Positions 29,001 to 37,678 of a stretch of 64,000 nt of DNA are shown in pieces. The stretch spans positions 2,912-66,911 of the forward strand of contig JAJDWI010000010.1 in assembly GCA_022825665.1 (NCBI GenBank), in the 5' to 3' direction. This DNA comes from Candidatus Poribacteria bacterium. GTDB lineage: Bacteria > Poribacteria > WGA-4E > WGA-3G. The notes beneath the pieces were generated by a model that did not search any database, was not told the DNA's origin, and saw only the letters and a list, made by a program, of their open reading frames with translations. Numbering within the stretch: the stretch's first letter is position 1; the number at the start of each line of letters is the position of its first letter. The position numbers and the translations under genes were made by a program.

Positions 29001-30491
29001 TGAAATGACTGCAGGAGGTGTATCATCACCCATTGATCCAACCGCTTCCTTTGCTTGCAGAACCATCGGTTTAATAAAACGTTCCACATCTTCAATCATA
29101 TATCCGAATGCTTTCTGTTGTGTCTGCAAGTTATCGGGTACTGAGGTTATTGTTCCTATGGGTTTAGGTTTTAATTCATCTAAATGCGTAATCTGTTTAA
29201 CCCATTTGCTGTATGGCTTTTGATTCGCCACTTCAGTTTTGATGTCTGTATTCATGAGCAATTGCCCGCGTAAAGTATCAACAGCGATCATCTGTCCTGG
29301 ACCTAAACGTCCTTTTTTGACGACACGGCTATCGTCCAATTCAATAATCCCTACCTCAGAACCCATTACAACAAGTCCATCATCAGTAACTTTATAGCGA
29401 GCCGGTCTGAGACCGTTTCTGTCTAAACTGGCACCAACGACGTTCCCATCTGTGAATGCTACTGCAGCCGGACCATCCCACGGTTCACTTACACAAGAGA
29501 GGTATTCATAGCACGCTTTTAGAGCGGGAGGCATGTCTGGTATTTGTTCATAAGCTTCTGGCATTAGACACATCATTGAATGGAGAATACTACGATCAGA
29601 ATGTGTTAGCAACTCCAAGACGTTATCAAGACTCATAGAATCGCTGCCGTGCGGGTTAATAATCGGGGCAAGTTTCTTGATATCTTCATTCCATACAGGT
29701 GAGTTCATTTCGGCTTCACGTGCGCGCATCCAATTCCTATTTCCCATCAACGTGTTTATTTCACCATTGTGTGCAAGCGTTCTGAAAGGTTGTGCCAATG
29801 CCCAAGTTGGTGATGTATTTGTACTGTAACGTTGGTGAAAAACTGCTAATGATGCTTCAAAGTCTTCGTCTTGCAAGTCTGAATACAACGTTGCAAGTTG
29901 AGAGGCAACAAGTAGTCCTTTATAGACAATAGTCCGATGTGAAAAAGAGGCGATGTGGAATCCATCAAGGTTCTCATCTGTAATTTTATGTTCCAATTCT
30001 TTACAGATAAGATAGAGACGACGTTCAAACTGGTCAGTGTGTATATGGGTTGGTCTACCAATAAGTACCTGCTGAATTAATGGCAATGTAGCTAACGCCT
30101 TTTCACCGAGAGCGGAAACATCAATTGGGACTGAACGCCATCCTAAGAGTGGGAATCCGTATTGTTGTAAAATGTTAGCGACGATTTCACGTCCCCGTTC
30201 TTGTGCAACAGGGTCATTCCTTGGCAGGAAAATCATACCAACTGCGAGGTCGTTACTTGAATCCAGGTTTACTCCGAGTTTCTCTAATTCTTTTTTAAAT
30301 AGTTTCTCCGGAATCTGTGTCAGGATGCCTGCACCGTCCCCTGTTTTTGCATCAGCAGCAACTGCCCCTCGGTGTGTCAGATTTGTGACTGCTTGTATCG
30401 CCATTTTCAGGATTTCATGACTTTTACTCCCTGAACGATTTGCAATAAAACCGACACCGCAAGCATCTTTTTCATATAATTGCTCGTACAT
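26019..30491 (-). CDS. gltB: Glutamate synthase large subunit (GltB-type, 1490 aa)
   Basis: The N-terminal Ntn amidotransferase begins at CGVGFIA. The central, FMN/Fe-S (GEGGED, PPPHHDIYSIEDL) and C-terminal GXGXG domains are all present. No gltD is adjacent. Confidence 0.95.
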   Translation of the reverse strand: MYEQLYEKDACGVGFIANRSGSKSHEILKMAIQAVTNLTHRGAVAADAKTGDGAGILTQIPEKLFKKELEKLGVNLDSSNDLAVGMIFLPRNDPVAQERGREIVANILQQYGFPLLGWRSVPIDVSALGEKALATLPLIQQVLIGRPTHIHTDQFERRLYLICKELEHKITDENLDGFHIASFSHRTIVYKGLLVASQLATLYSDLQDEDFEASLAVFHQRYSTNTSPTWALAQPFRTLAHNGEINTLMGNRNWMRAREAEMNSPVWNEDIKKLAPIINPHGSDSMSLDNVLELLTHSDRSILHSMMCLMPEAYEQIPDMPPALKACYEYLSCVSEPWDGPAAVAFTDGNVVGASLDRNGLRPARYKVTDDGLVVMGSEVGIIELDDSRVVKKGRLGPGQMIAVDTLRGQLLMNTDIKTEVANQKPYSKWVKQITHLDELKPKPIGTITSVPDNLQTQQKAFGYMIEDVERFIKPMVLQAKEAVGSMGDDTPPAVISRHPRLLYHYFKQLFAQVTNPAIDSLRERLVMSLTTYLGKRHSLLTETDKHSHVIRLTSPILTNEELEALKTQELPEFKHTTIPVYFPVASGTQGLESALDTLCDTVSDAVTAGNTLLILSDKDVNADFSPIPMLLAVGAVHHYLIRVGKRRQVSLIVEAGDPREEHHYAVLLGYGADAINPYLAFSTIVQLAENDEFEELSSEQAIHNYKEAVEKGILKIMAKMGISTVSSYRGAQIFEAIGINSSVINRCFVGTPSRLSGIGFEHIAAETLHFHTKAFGGVDDRKTLQEAGYFRFRRNGEFHAFNPTVFKALHKFVKSGDAEDYTEYAEAVEVGEPSSLRDLLAFKPSTPIPIEEVEPAEDIVRRFTTGSMSFGALSRETHETLAIAMNRLGAKSGSGEGGEDSGRFEKQPNGDLASSALKQVASGRFGVTPQYLASARELEIKMAQGSKPGEGGQIPGHKVTLEIAKIRHSIPGVPLISPPPHHDIYSIEDLAQLIYDLKQVNPRAKVAVKLVSEFMIGTIASGVAKGYADVIQISGHEGGTGASPLSSIKNAGTPWELGLAETQHRLVENELRDRVVLRVDGGMRSGRDIVIAAMLGAEEYGFGTTAMVATGCVMARQCHLNTCPVGVATQDPALRAKYPGTPEMVVNFMLGVANEVRSILANLGHRCLNDIIGRPELLELADLVEYPKAATLDLTEILSSADPTGEMPRYHLQERNDRVDIPLDDQILVDAATAIEKKEPIQLSYPIRNTHRTVGAKLSGEIAYRYGDAPLPKETIRIYFTGSAGQSFGAFCINGIQLVLTGEANDYVGKGMAGGELVIKPSPDVRFETHENTIIGNTVLYGATNGSLYAAGTAGERFCVRNSGATAVVEGVGDHGCEYMTGGTIVILGETGRNFGAGMTGGTGYVLDENQQFENKINPQLIKLERITEKVDEDTLVGLIQKHLELTGSQRSEHILAEWDKFFPLFWKIVTPPPPTLNRRTRRTPRKKK

Positions 30492-30788
30492 TTGTAAGCT
30501 AATACTCCAAGTAATATAAATTATTGGTATCCGTTAAAATTATGTATAATAAGAAAATAAAGATAATATATGATTTGGATACCGATTCGTTAGCACGTAT
30601 AGGCTTTTCTGCCTTCAATTCTCCTTAGGTTAACTCTTTTATCAAGTTAATAGTATATCCTAAATCCATTAAATCGTCAAGTATATTTTCCTAATGAACG
30701 AGGTCGTTTATGGTGAATTATTGAATAAGTTGACCTTATATTCGACATGTGTTTCCTCCAAATTTATTGGCAATTTCCTCCTTTAAAA

Positions 30789-30808
30789 AAGATACCGTAC
30801 GGTATCTT
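30789..30808. promoter_or_regulatory. Perfect 20-bp palindrome aagataccgtacggtatctt in the gltB upstream region (candidate operator)
   Basis: The sequence is self-complementary. Further GGTATC/GATACC copies lie at 30526-30531, 30578-30583, 30822-30827 and 30915-30920. Confidence 0.4.
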
Positions 30809-31199
30809 ATTTTTGCATCACGGTATCTTTTGGTGCAATGGGTCTGAGTATAGTCTCCATCTATGTTTACGGGTTGTAAAAATCGGTTTTTTCAGTGTAA
30901 AAAATTTTAAATTTGGTATCTTTTGTATTTGCTGTGTATTTTTCGATTTTTGGCTGCGATTCTGTGTATTTTTTCCTTTATTTATAATTTGGACAATGTG
31001 AAATGTTGACATCAATACATTTCCTGAAAACTAACAATTATAAATGATATACATATTATAACATAAGTAAATAATTAACGTCAAGTTAATTTTCACATAT
31101 ATGTTATATTTTTCTCAAAATTTGCGTATTTTCATTTGAAACACATAAATTTCATATCTACTACAGAGGGAACAATTCCAGAATCAGATGTAGGCTGGG

Positions 31200-31297
31200 T
31201 TCGGTAAGTCAATATTGAAGTCCAGCGCGCTTACAAAGCGCGTCTACAGGTTTTGGGACATTAATATTACCGAAAGAATAAATTAATCTTCATCTAA
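31200..31297. repeat. Copy of the 25843-25937 element (ttcggtaagt...gcgcgcttacaaagcgcg.ctacagg...ttaccgaaagaataaattaatcttcat)
   Basis: It has about 85-90% identity by eye, in the same orientation as the copy on the other side of gltB. Confidence 0.8.
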
Positions 31298-31337
31298 CTG
31301 CTCTGTATTAGGTGCGAGATCACATTTTTGTTCTTTT

Positions 31338-31556
31338 TTAACGCTCTTCATCCAGAATTGCGCTCTCCGCTGCATCCATAACAAGTTGGAGTGAGTGGAG
31401 ATATGCCATCTCTGCTTTGATAAGACGACTCGTCTCTCCTAAGCCTCCATTTGCACGCATCTTCACAAGCATGTTCCAGTTTTGCGCCAGTCGCTGATTT
31501 GCTTGTTCAAGTTGACTAAAATGTAAATCAGAAATCATATTTTTCTCAGCAGCCAT
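31338..31556 (-). CDS. Small helical hypothetical protein (72 aa)
   Basis: This is an ORF with an ATG start and no recognisable domain. Coding status is uncertain. Confidence 0.3.
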   Translation of the reverse strand: MAAEKNMISDLHFSQLEQANQRLAQNWNMLVKMRANGGLGETSRLIKAEMAYLHSLQLVMDAAESAILDEER

Positions 31557-31926
31557 AGTTATGTATTTTCCTTTTCTGTTCTGACGGGACAGGACTATTC
31601 ACTATAAGGCAGTATCCAACCACAACAATCTGTTTCAGAGGTTTACCTTCCTGATTACTACTCCAGTAGTTATAGCAAACTCCACCAAAGATGATCATTT
31701 AAGTTGATGATTTTTTCTCGCGCTTGTGTGATTTTCCCATAATAGATTTTTCGATCAACAGCCATTTCTTACCTCAACCAACTTCTTAAGTGATTAATTA
31801 ATGATAACGTATGTTAATAGTTTTAGCAACAAAAAAAATAATAAAAAGTTAACATAAAGGTTTTTTGTTTGTTGATTTTGACTTTATTTTACCAAATATG
31901 TTATTATGTGATTAAAACCTTATTGA

Positions 31927-32373
31927 TATATTAACCAACCAAACGGTCAACAAATTCTGTATACGGAAGCAGATTTGCATATCATTGAAAATGTAAATGA
32001 GAACGGTGGTAAAAATATCAGTATTAGACCTGCAGGGACATATTGATATATTATCCGCAATGTAGATGGTGGTGGTGAAAGAATCTTAGATATTCCGAAA
32101 GGTTGGTGGGATCATTCTGTCGCTTGGATGGATAATGGCGAGGCGGTGCTTATCTGTGCTTTTGATGATGTTGATCACATAAGAGATCCGGATCGTTCTA
32201 CGCAACTCTATAGATATGATCTCGCGATGGATGAAATCACGCAGTTAACACATAACCTTGAATCTAAAATGCATGTAGATTGGATTAATGATGAGGTGTA
32301 TGCTGTCTCTCCGACAGGTAAGTATCCAGTTCGGTGGGGTGAACTCAAGAAGACTTATTCAAATACACAGTGA
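31927..32373 (+). pseudogene. Remnant of a beta-propeller-type periplasmic protein (no N-terminus, in-frame stop)
   Basis: Translation in frame with the 32128 ORF gives ...HIIENVNENGGKNISIRPAGTY*YIIRNVDGGGERILDIPKGWWDHSVAWMDNGEAVL..., with TGA at 32044-32046 and further stops upstream. No start, signal peptide or RBS is present. Confidence 0.4.
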
Positions 32374-32463
32374 TAAATGTCCAAGTTTCAGACACAATAC
32401 AGTTAACCTAATTGATAGGGCTGACAGGTTCATTCTAATACCATTTCTAATTGACAAATTGTC

Positions 32464-32565
32464 ATAATGTCCTGTAGGTCGGGTTGAGGAACAAAATCCG
32501 ACAGGACACTCTAAAAAGTCGGGTTTCGCTACCGCTTCTACCCGACCTACGAAATAATGTCCTGT
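32464..32565. repeat. Palindromic intergenic repeat block
   Basis: It contains the direct repeat ataatgtcctgt (32464-32475 and 32554-32565), the inverted pair gtaggtcggg (32474-32483) and cccgacctac (32541-32550), and an inner gtcctgt/acaggac hairpin. Confidence 0.75.
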
Positions 32566-32592
32566 TATCATATAGAAATGGTATAAATTGGT

Positions 32593-33384
32593 TCACTGGG
32601 TTCTTTTTGCTTTAACTGCGTACATGGGCCAAGAAAAATGGAAATCATCACCATCGGGTTCAATAGTATAATGTTTTTTTGCTTCCTCAGTTGAAAGTTG
32701 CGCGAATGCTTCGCGGATTTCTCGTACCACTTCTGGCGGATTTTTCTGGGGACGCACCCACCATAAAAATGACATCTGCGCGTTTCGCGTATGTGTTGTC
32801 TTTTCAATTTCAAATCCAGTATTGGAAATCATTGTATCCCACTGGGATGGTGGATACCCAAACACATGAGAATCGTCGCGTAATTTCTCAACATAATTCT
32901 GCCACTTTATCATTTTTTCTGATTCAGGAGAAACAGAATCAACAAAACAAAAAAGTCCGTCCTTTCGTAGAACGCGATGGACCTCGCTTAAGAATTTTGG
33001 GACATCTTGAAAGTGGTGGGGTGCAAGTCGGACGGTCACTAAATCAAATGAAGCAGTAGCAAATGGCAAAGATTCCGCAGCGGCAACAGAGAAAGTGATG
33101 TTTTTAATCGCTTGTTCTTGTGCTAACTCAGATGCTTTAGTGACCATCTCGGGGGTTAGGTCTGTAGCGACTACATGCGAAACTTTGGGTGCAAGTGCAA
33201 ATGCTGTAAATCCAGTGCCTGTTGCGATATCCAGCGTTTTTTCTGTTCCCTTAGGATCTGCAAAGTCAAGAATTACATCAAGGGTGTCGCCTTTGGCATG
33301 TGCGCTACTTTGCGCGTAGTATTCAGCATGTTGGCTAAACTGCTCACGGACAGATGTGTGGATGGACTTCATTTTAGTGTCCAT
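32593..33384 (-). CDS. Class I SAM-dependent methyltransferase
   Basis: It has motif I LDIATGTGFTAFALA and a Methyltransf_11-like core (DLVTVRLAPHHF, LRKDGLFCFVD). Confidence 0.8.
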   Translation of the reverse strand: MDTKMKSIHTSVREQFSQHAEYYAQSSAHAKGDTLDVILDFADPKGTEKTLDIATGTGFTAFALAPKVSHVVATDLTPEMVTKASELAQEQAIKNITFSVAAAESLPFATASFDLVTVRLAPHHFQDVPKFLSEVHRVLRKDGLFCFVDSVSPESEKMIKWQNYVEKLRDDSHVFGYPPSQWDTMISNTGFEIEKTTHTRNAQMSFLWWVRPQKNPPEVVREIREAFAQLSTEEAKKHYTIEPDGDDFHFSWPMYAVKAKRTQ

Positions 33385-33401
33385 TGATTGTTACATGAGT
33401 G

Positions 33402-34505
33402 TTAATTAAAGGTGATAACACCGCGTGCGTTTTCACCGGCTTCCATATCAGCGAACGCTTCATTGATCTGATCAAGTTGATAGTGTTTTGTAATCAGTTC
33501 GTCTAACTTCAACTTTCCTTCGGTATAAAGATTGAGGAGTTTCGGCATGTCAACACGGGGTTGACATGAACCGTAGAACGAACCGATTATCTGTCTTTCA
33601 GTTGCGACGAAATGCTGCGCTGGAATGCTGAATTCCTTTTGATGGTGTGCCATTCCGACAATTACAGCAGTGCCAGCAGCCCGTACCATGCGATATGCTT
33701 GAACGATAGTATCTGGATTTCCAATTACTTCAAACGCGTAATCTACACCGCGACCTTCTGTCAACTCACGAACCGCTTCAACAGGATCATTGTCTGTAGC
33801 GTTGACGACATCTGTAGCCCCAAAGCGTTTGGCGAAGTCGAGTTTTTTCTCAGCAATGTCAACAGCGATAATCTTTTTTGCTTTTGCAAGCACTGCCCCT
33901 TGTATTGCGTTTAGACCGACACCGCCAGTTCCGATAACTGCAACAGAACTACCGGGTTCAACTTTTGCTGTGTTAAGAACTGCACCGACACCGGTTGTCA
34001 CGCCACATCCCACAAGTGCTGCTTTTTCTAATGAATGGCGATCATCAATTTTAACGAGGTTTTGATGGGGTACGACCATATATTCTGACATCGTTGCAAT
34101 CCTTGCCATCTGAAGGATACCTTGTCCTGATTTGTTGTATAAGCGATATGTACCATCCAATTGATACCCGCGTGGCACGTCGTAGGACTCGCATAGGCAA
34201 ACTTTTTCCATTCGGCACATTTTGCAATCGCTACAATAAGTAACAAAAGAGAGGATAACATGGTCTCCAACATGGAAGTCAGTCACATCTTTTCCAACAT
34301 GCTCAATTATGCCAGCACCTTCATGTCCGAGAACAACAGCAGCATCGTAGTAGATGGCACCCGTAACGACCGATAGGTCAGAGTGACAAACACCGCTTGC
34401 AGCAGTACGCACAAGCACCTCGTTTGCCTTCGGATCTTCTAACTCCAAATCTTCAACAACCACAGGTTGGTTGTGCTCATACATAACAGCAGCGCGTGTT
34501 TTCAT
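33402..34505 (-). CDS. Zinc-dependent alcohol dehydrogenase (MDR family)
   Basis: It has GVCHSDL, GHEGAGIIEHVG, a structural-Zn Cys cluster (CSDCKMCRMEKVCLC) and the NAD fold VIGTGGVGLNAIQGA. Confidence 0.85.
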   Translation of the reverse strand: MKTRAAVMYEHNQPVVVEDLELEDPKANEVLVRTAASGVCHSDLSVVTGAIYYDAAVVLGHEGAGIIEHVGKDVTDFHVGDHVILSFVTYCSDCKMCRMEKVCLCESYDVPRGYQLDGTYRLYNKSGQGILQMARIATMSEYMVVPHQNLVKIDDRHSLEKAALVGCGVTTGVGAVLNTAKVEPGSSVAVIGTGGVGLNAIQGAVLAKAKKIIAVDIAEKKLDFAKRFGATDVVNATDNDPVEAVRELTEGRGVDYAFEVIGNPDTIVQAYRMVRAAGTAVIVGMAHHQKEFSIPAQHFVATERQIIGSFYGSCQPRVDMPKLLNLYTEGKLKLDELITKHYQLDQINEAFADMEAGENARGVITFN

Positions 34506-34538
34506 TTTTCCCTCTACGATTAGTAATTTGCCATCGGA

Positions 34539-35036
34539 CTATTCTTTCATAGTAGCATTGTTGGGATTGGGTGGTGGTGGTTCATTAAATGGGATTCCCT
34601 TCTCAGCTGCATCCTGCTTTCGTTTTTCCCACTCAGTATACCAAGCGTGGTATACTTCAATGCGTCCCTGTTCAATGCCTTGTTTTATGCCTTGTTCAAT
34701 GCCTTGTTTTATGCCTTGGGCGATAGCTTGTTGTATTTTATGCGTGTAACGAAGCATGATTTCACCTCCTATTTCAAATGCCCCTACTATATAGATGAGT
34801 GCAAGTTGGAAGAAAGGGACAACTTCCTTTATAGTAATTTTAAATGTTTCTAATCCTGTTTGTGATGTTTTTCCACTCTCATCTATCCAAATTATTACGG
34901 TATAAACAACGGTAGCAACGAATAGTATAAATATCTCCAGAACAATCCAATCTATCCGTGCGGATAACAACGGCGATCTTGTATTTGTTTTCAAAGTTTT
35001 CCTTTGTTCGGATTCTATATATTTTATTCTATCCAA
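34539..35036 (-). CDS. Membrane protein with a QGI(K/E) repeat and a Pro-rich C-terminus
   Basis: It has two TM helices, then AQGIKQGIEQGIKQGIEQGRIEVYHAWYTEWEKRKQDAAEKGIPFNEPPPP. Function is unknown. Confidence 0.45.
   Translation of the reverse strand: MDRIKYIESEQRKTLKTNTRSPLLSARIDWIVLEIFILFVATVVYTVIIWIDESGKTSQTGLETFKITIKEVVPFFQLALIYIVGAFEIGGEIMLRYTHKIQQAIAQGIKQGIEQGIKQGIEQGRIEVYHAWYTEWEKRKQDAAEKGIPFNEPPPPNPNNATMKE
34670..34717. repeat. Perfect 2 x 24-bp tandem repeat inside the 34539-35036 CDS
   Basis: gttcaatgccttgttttatgcctt occurs at 34670-34693 and 34694-34717. It encodes the QGIKQGIE repeat on the minus strand. Confidence 0.9.
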
Positions 35037-35132
35037 TTTCTTGAGATATCAAAGTTAGAATTGGAATAGTGTGTATAGTATTTTTCAATTGCCTCCCCTA
35101 TATATGATTTTATTATTTCATCTACAATTTAT

Positions 35133-35933
35133 TTAAAGTAAGGATTCCAGATAACTTCTTGCTTTACGCATTGATTCAATTGGATCGGATTGACCTTCAT
35201 ATACAACTGAAAGACATCCGTTATAACCGACACCTCGCAATATTTCCAAAACCCTCGGATAGTCTAACCATTCCTCAACGCCGCTATCAATCTGATAAAA
35301 CTTGGTTCGGACATAAACGGCATGAGGTGCTGTCTGTTCAATACTTGCATAGCAGTCGTAATCAGGATGTGGTGAACCGCGATGTCCACTTGCCCCCGGA
35401 GAACCTGCGTATTGTCCTGTATCCAAGATGTGTGTGAAATATGGATGATCAGTTTCATTTAGTGCCCGTAGTACCGCATCTCCATCGCGAGTCACATTAT
35501 TGTGGTTGTGGTTTTGTAGACCGACAAGGATCCCAGATTCATATCCGTATTCAGCGACCTCTTTGAAACCTTCAATCATTGGTTGCCATAAAGTCTCCTC
35601 ATCTTCGCAGTCTGCTGGTACATAAGCCGCAAAAACACGGACTATAGGACAACTCATAAATGCTGCTACATCAATCCATTTTTTAATAAGATCGATCTGT
35701 TCGGGATGTTCTGCGACAGGCTTACCAAAATTATTGCTGATACCAATGTAACCTAATGGTAAACCTTTACGCATAAGGTCTTTCTTCAGTTCACGTAAGT
35801 AGTTTACATCGGTGGATTCAAATGCTCCGTAATGCAGTTCAATCACATCAAAGCCGAGGTCATATACGATCTGTGCAAATTCAGTTGCAGTAGTGCCTTT
35901 TACATTCAAAGACATAGTGCCAATTTTCATCAT
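35133..35933 (-). CDS. Sugar phosphate isomerase/epimerase (xylose-isomerase-like TIM barrel)
   Basis: The AP_endonuc_2-type pattern is present (FDVIELHY, VRVFAAY, LVGLQNHNH, LSVVYEG). Confidence 0.75.
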   Translation of the reverse strand: MMKIGTMSLNVKGTTATEFAQIVYDLGFDVIELHYGAFESTDVNYLRELKKDLMRKGLPLGYIGISNNFGKPVAEHPEQIDLIKKWIDVAAFMSCPIVRVFAAYVPADCEDEETLWQPMIEGFKEVAEYGYESGILVGLQNHNHNNVTRDGDAVLRALNETDHPYFTHILDTGQYAGSPGASGHRGSPHPDYDCYASIEQTAPHAVYVRTKFYQIDSGVEEWLDYPRVLEILRGVGYNGCLSVVYEGQSDPIESMRKARSYLESLL

Positions 35934-35976
35934 AAAACGGCACTCCTTTCAGCATTTATTTCAAGTTTAGTCGGGG

Positions 35977-36888
35977 TTAATTTTCTGGGTTGAAATCATC
36001 AGGTTCATTACTGACTTCTTTTAGCAATGCTTGTGTCTGCCGGGTTGATGTTCTAAAGTAGGTTGCTAAGGTATGATGTAACTTCTCAAGTTGTTGACGG
36101 TCAGTTTCAAGAGAATTAAGGCGTTTATCAAAGTTATTCATATTGTTGAGTTGATCGAAAATGTCTTGTAGCAGTTTATCTTGTTCTTGGATACGTTGTC
36201 GTTCTTCCTCTAATAATTGGACTCTTTCAGCTAATATAGCGAGATTTTCCGTTGTTTCTTTCAATTCAGACTGCAGTGTCCGCGTAAAAGTGATTAATTT
36301 TTCTAATGTATTTGTTGTTTTATATACAGGTACTTCTGTATCCGTAGTAGAGAAACTTTTTGGAATAACGGATTTTTTACTTTTATTTTGTATCTCTTGT
36401 GGCGTGTCTTCTTCAGGAATAGTAGTATTAGTTATTTCAGTTTGTTCGGGAATATCAGTTGCTGGAACTTGTGAATCCGCATGTTGAATCTGAGAGGTGC
36501 CTAACAATTTGATATTATATGAAGCCGCAGTATAACTCTCTTTTCGTTCCGAATAAGTAATTTGGACACGAAGTTCCTGGTCAATTCGTAGAGAATTCAG
36601 ATGGGTGTGGATGTTCCTGATTGCAACTTCATTATATCCGAATGCTTTATTTGATTTTGGATTTAATTGTCGAAGATATCGGTAGAGCTCCATCACATCG
36701 GTGCTTTCTCGTGATATGCCTTCTTTCGTTAAAACGCCGATTATATCCTCATCCTCAGAATCCAATGTAGGCATATTCGGTATAACAATGTCCAAGGGAA
36801 CTTCCCCTTGAATTGCTTTCATTCCGATAGTCCATTTGTTTTCTGCAATCCTACCACTGAATGCAATGAAGTCATAAGTAATTGTCAT
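35977..36888 (-). CDS. Hypothetical protein with a C-terminal coiled coil
   Basis: This 303-aa ORF has a Thr/Pro/Glu-rich linker and heptad-like C-terminus (LAERVQLLEEERQRIQEQDKLLQDIF). I recognise no domain. Confidence 0.45.
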   Translation of the reverse strand: MTITYDFIAFSGRIAENKWTIGMKAIQGEVPLDIVIPNMPTLDSEDEDIIGVLTKEGISRESTDVMELYRYLRQLNPKSNKAFGYNEVAIRNIHTHLNSLRIDQELRVQITYSERKESYTAASYNIKLLGTSQIQHADSQVPATDIPEQTEITNTTIPEEDTPQEIQNKSKKSVIPKSFSTTDTEVPVYKTTNTLEKLITFTRTLQSELKETTENLAILAERVQLLEEERQRIQEQDKLLQDIFDQLNNMNNFDKRLNSLETDRQQLEKLHHTLATYFRTSTRQTQALLKEVSNEPDDFNPEN

Positions 36889-36920
36889 TATTTTTCCAAT
36901 TTTATCATTTCCTAACCATT

Positions 36921-37253
36921 TTATAGTTCAAACACGGGTTCCATTTGTGCCCACCATTCATTTGGTTGTGCTTCGTCAACAGGTTCCTGAAAGGTACGCA
37001 TTAATTCATCCCACTCTCTACACTTTGGATGTTGTTCAAGATAACGCGGAAAATCGCGTTCTAAATCAAAGGTATCAACGGTCTCCATTGCCATAAACAG
37101 TCGTCTTCCTATCAGGTATATATTCATTTTTGTTATACCGACTGCTTTCAGTCCAGCTAATGTTTCTGACCAAGCCTCCCGATGATAAACTTTATATTCT
37201 TCAATGATATTTGGATCATCTTTTAGGTTTATTGTTAAGCCGAAGTGTTTCAT
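36921..37253 (-). CDS. rhaM: L-rhamnose mutarotase family protein
   Basis: It is 110 aa. MKHFGLTINLKDDPNIIEEYKVYH...W and FMAMETVDTFD fit the RhaM/YiiL family. Its ATG overlaps the upstream NUDIX stop as ATGA. Confidence 0.7.
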   Translation of the reverse strand: MKHFGLTINLKDDPNIIEEYKVYHREAWSETLAGLKAVGITKMNIYLIGRRLFMAMETVDTFDLERDFPRYLEQHPKCREWDELMRTFQEPVDEAQPNEWWAQMEPVFEL

Positions 37254-37678
37254 TTTAGTCTTTTTAATGCAGTGTGAATGATTTCATTATGGTCAAATGC
37301 GATTTGAGGCAAATCTGATGTTGGAAACCATGTAACTTCCGATGCATCGGAACCGGCTATGGCTATATGTTGTTCAGATTTTACTATACCGAGGTAAGCC
37401 ACGGTGATTACCCATCCGCGTGGATCACGGTTTGGATTCCCAAACACACCTATCTGTGTCAATTGGACGTTTGATATACTTGTTTCCTCGTGTAACTCGC
37501 GAAGTGCAGCCGTCTCAAGGGTTTCATCCATTTCCAGAAACCCTCCTGGTAATGCCCACAAGCCTTTAAACGGTGTATTCTTACGACGAATTAATAGAAC
37601 TTGTGGATGCGGGGACTCATCCGTGAAAAGCACAATATCAACAGTAACAGAGGGGCGTGGATAATCATAACAATACAC
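37250..37678 (-). CDS. NUDIX hydrolase
   Basis: The Nudix box is GGFLEMDETLETAALRELHEETS. Confidence 0.85.
   Translation of the reverse strand: MYCYDYPRPSVTVDIVLFTDESPHPQVLLIRRKNTPFKGLWALPGGFLEMDETLETAALRELHEETSISNVQLTQIGVFGNPNRDPRGWVITVAYLGIVKSEQHIAIAGSDASEVTWFPTSDLPQIAFDHNEIIHTALKRLK

Noticed and set aside
26229-30420. Numerous 60-174-aa ORFs in other frames or on the other strand lie within gltB. Similar ORFs occur inside iolD, the kinase gene, ahcY and metK.
   Set aside because: All are embedded in long, confidently identified genes, and their compositions (Pro/Ser/Arg/Cys-rich) are typical of off-frame translation.
30747-31015. ORFs of 84 aa (+) and 65 aa (-) lie in the gltB upstream region.
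   Set aside because: They are Phe/Ile-rich low-complexity translations of T-rich DNA, overlap each other and have no RBS. I treat the region as non-coding regulatory sequence.
31921-32046. In-frame TGA codons at equivalent positions (Y*YI) raise the possibility of TGA recoding or selenocysteine.
   Set aside because: TGA clearly terminates many well-supported genes in this window, including GHL10, the second exbD, a CNNM gene and the NUDIX gene. The region also lacks a start codon and has further stops upstream, so a decayed pseudogene is the simpler explanation.
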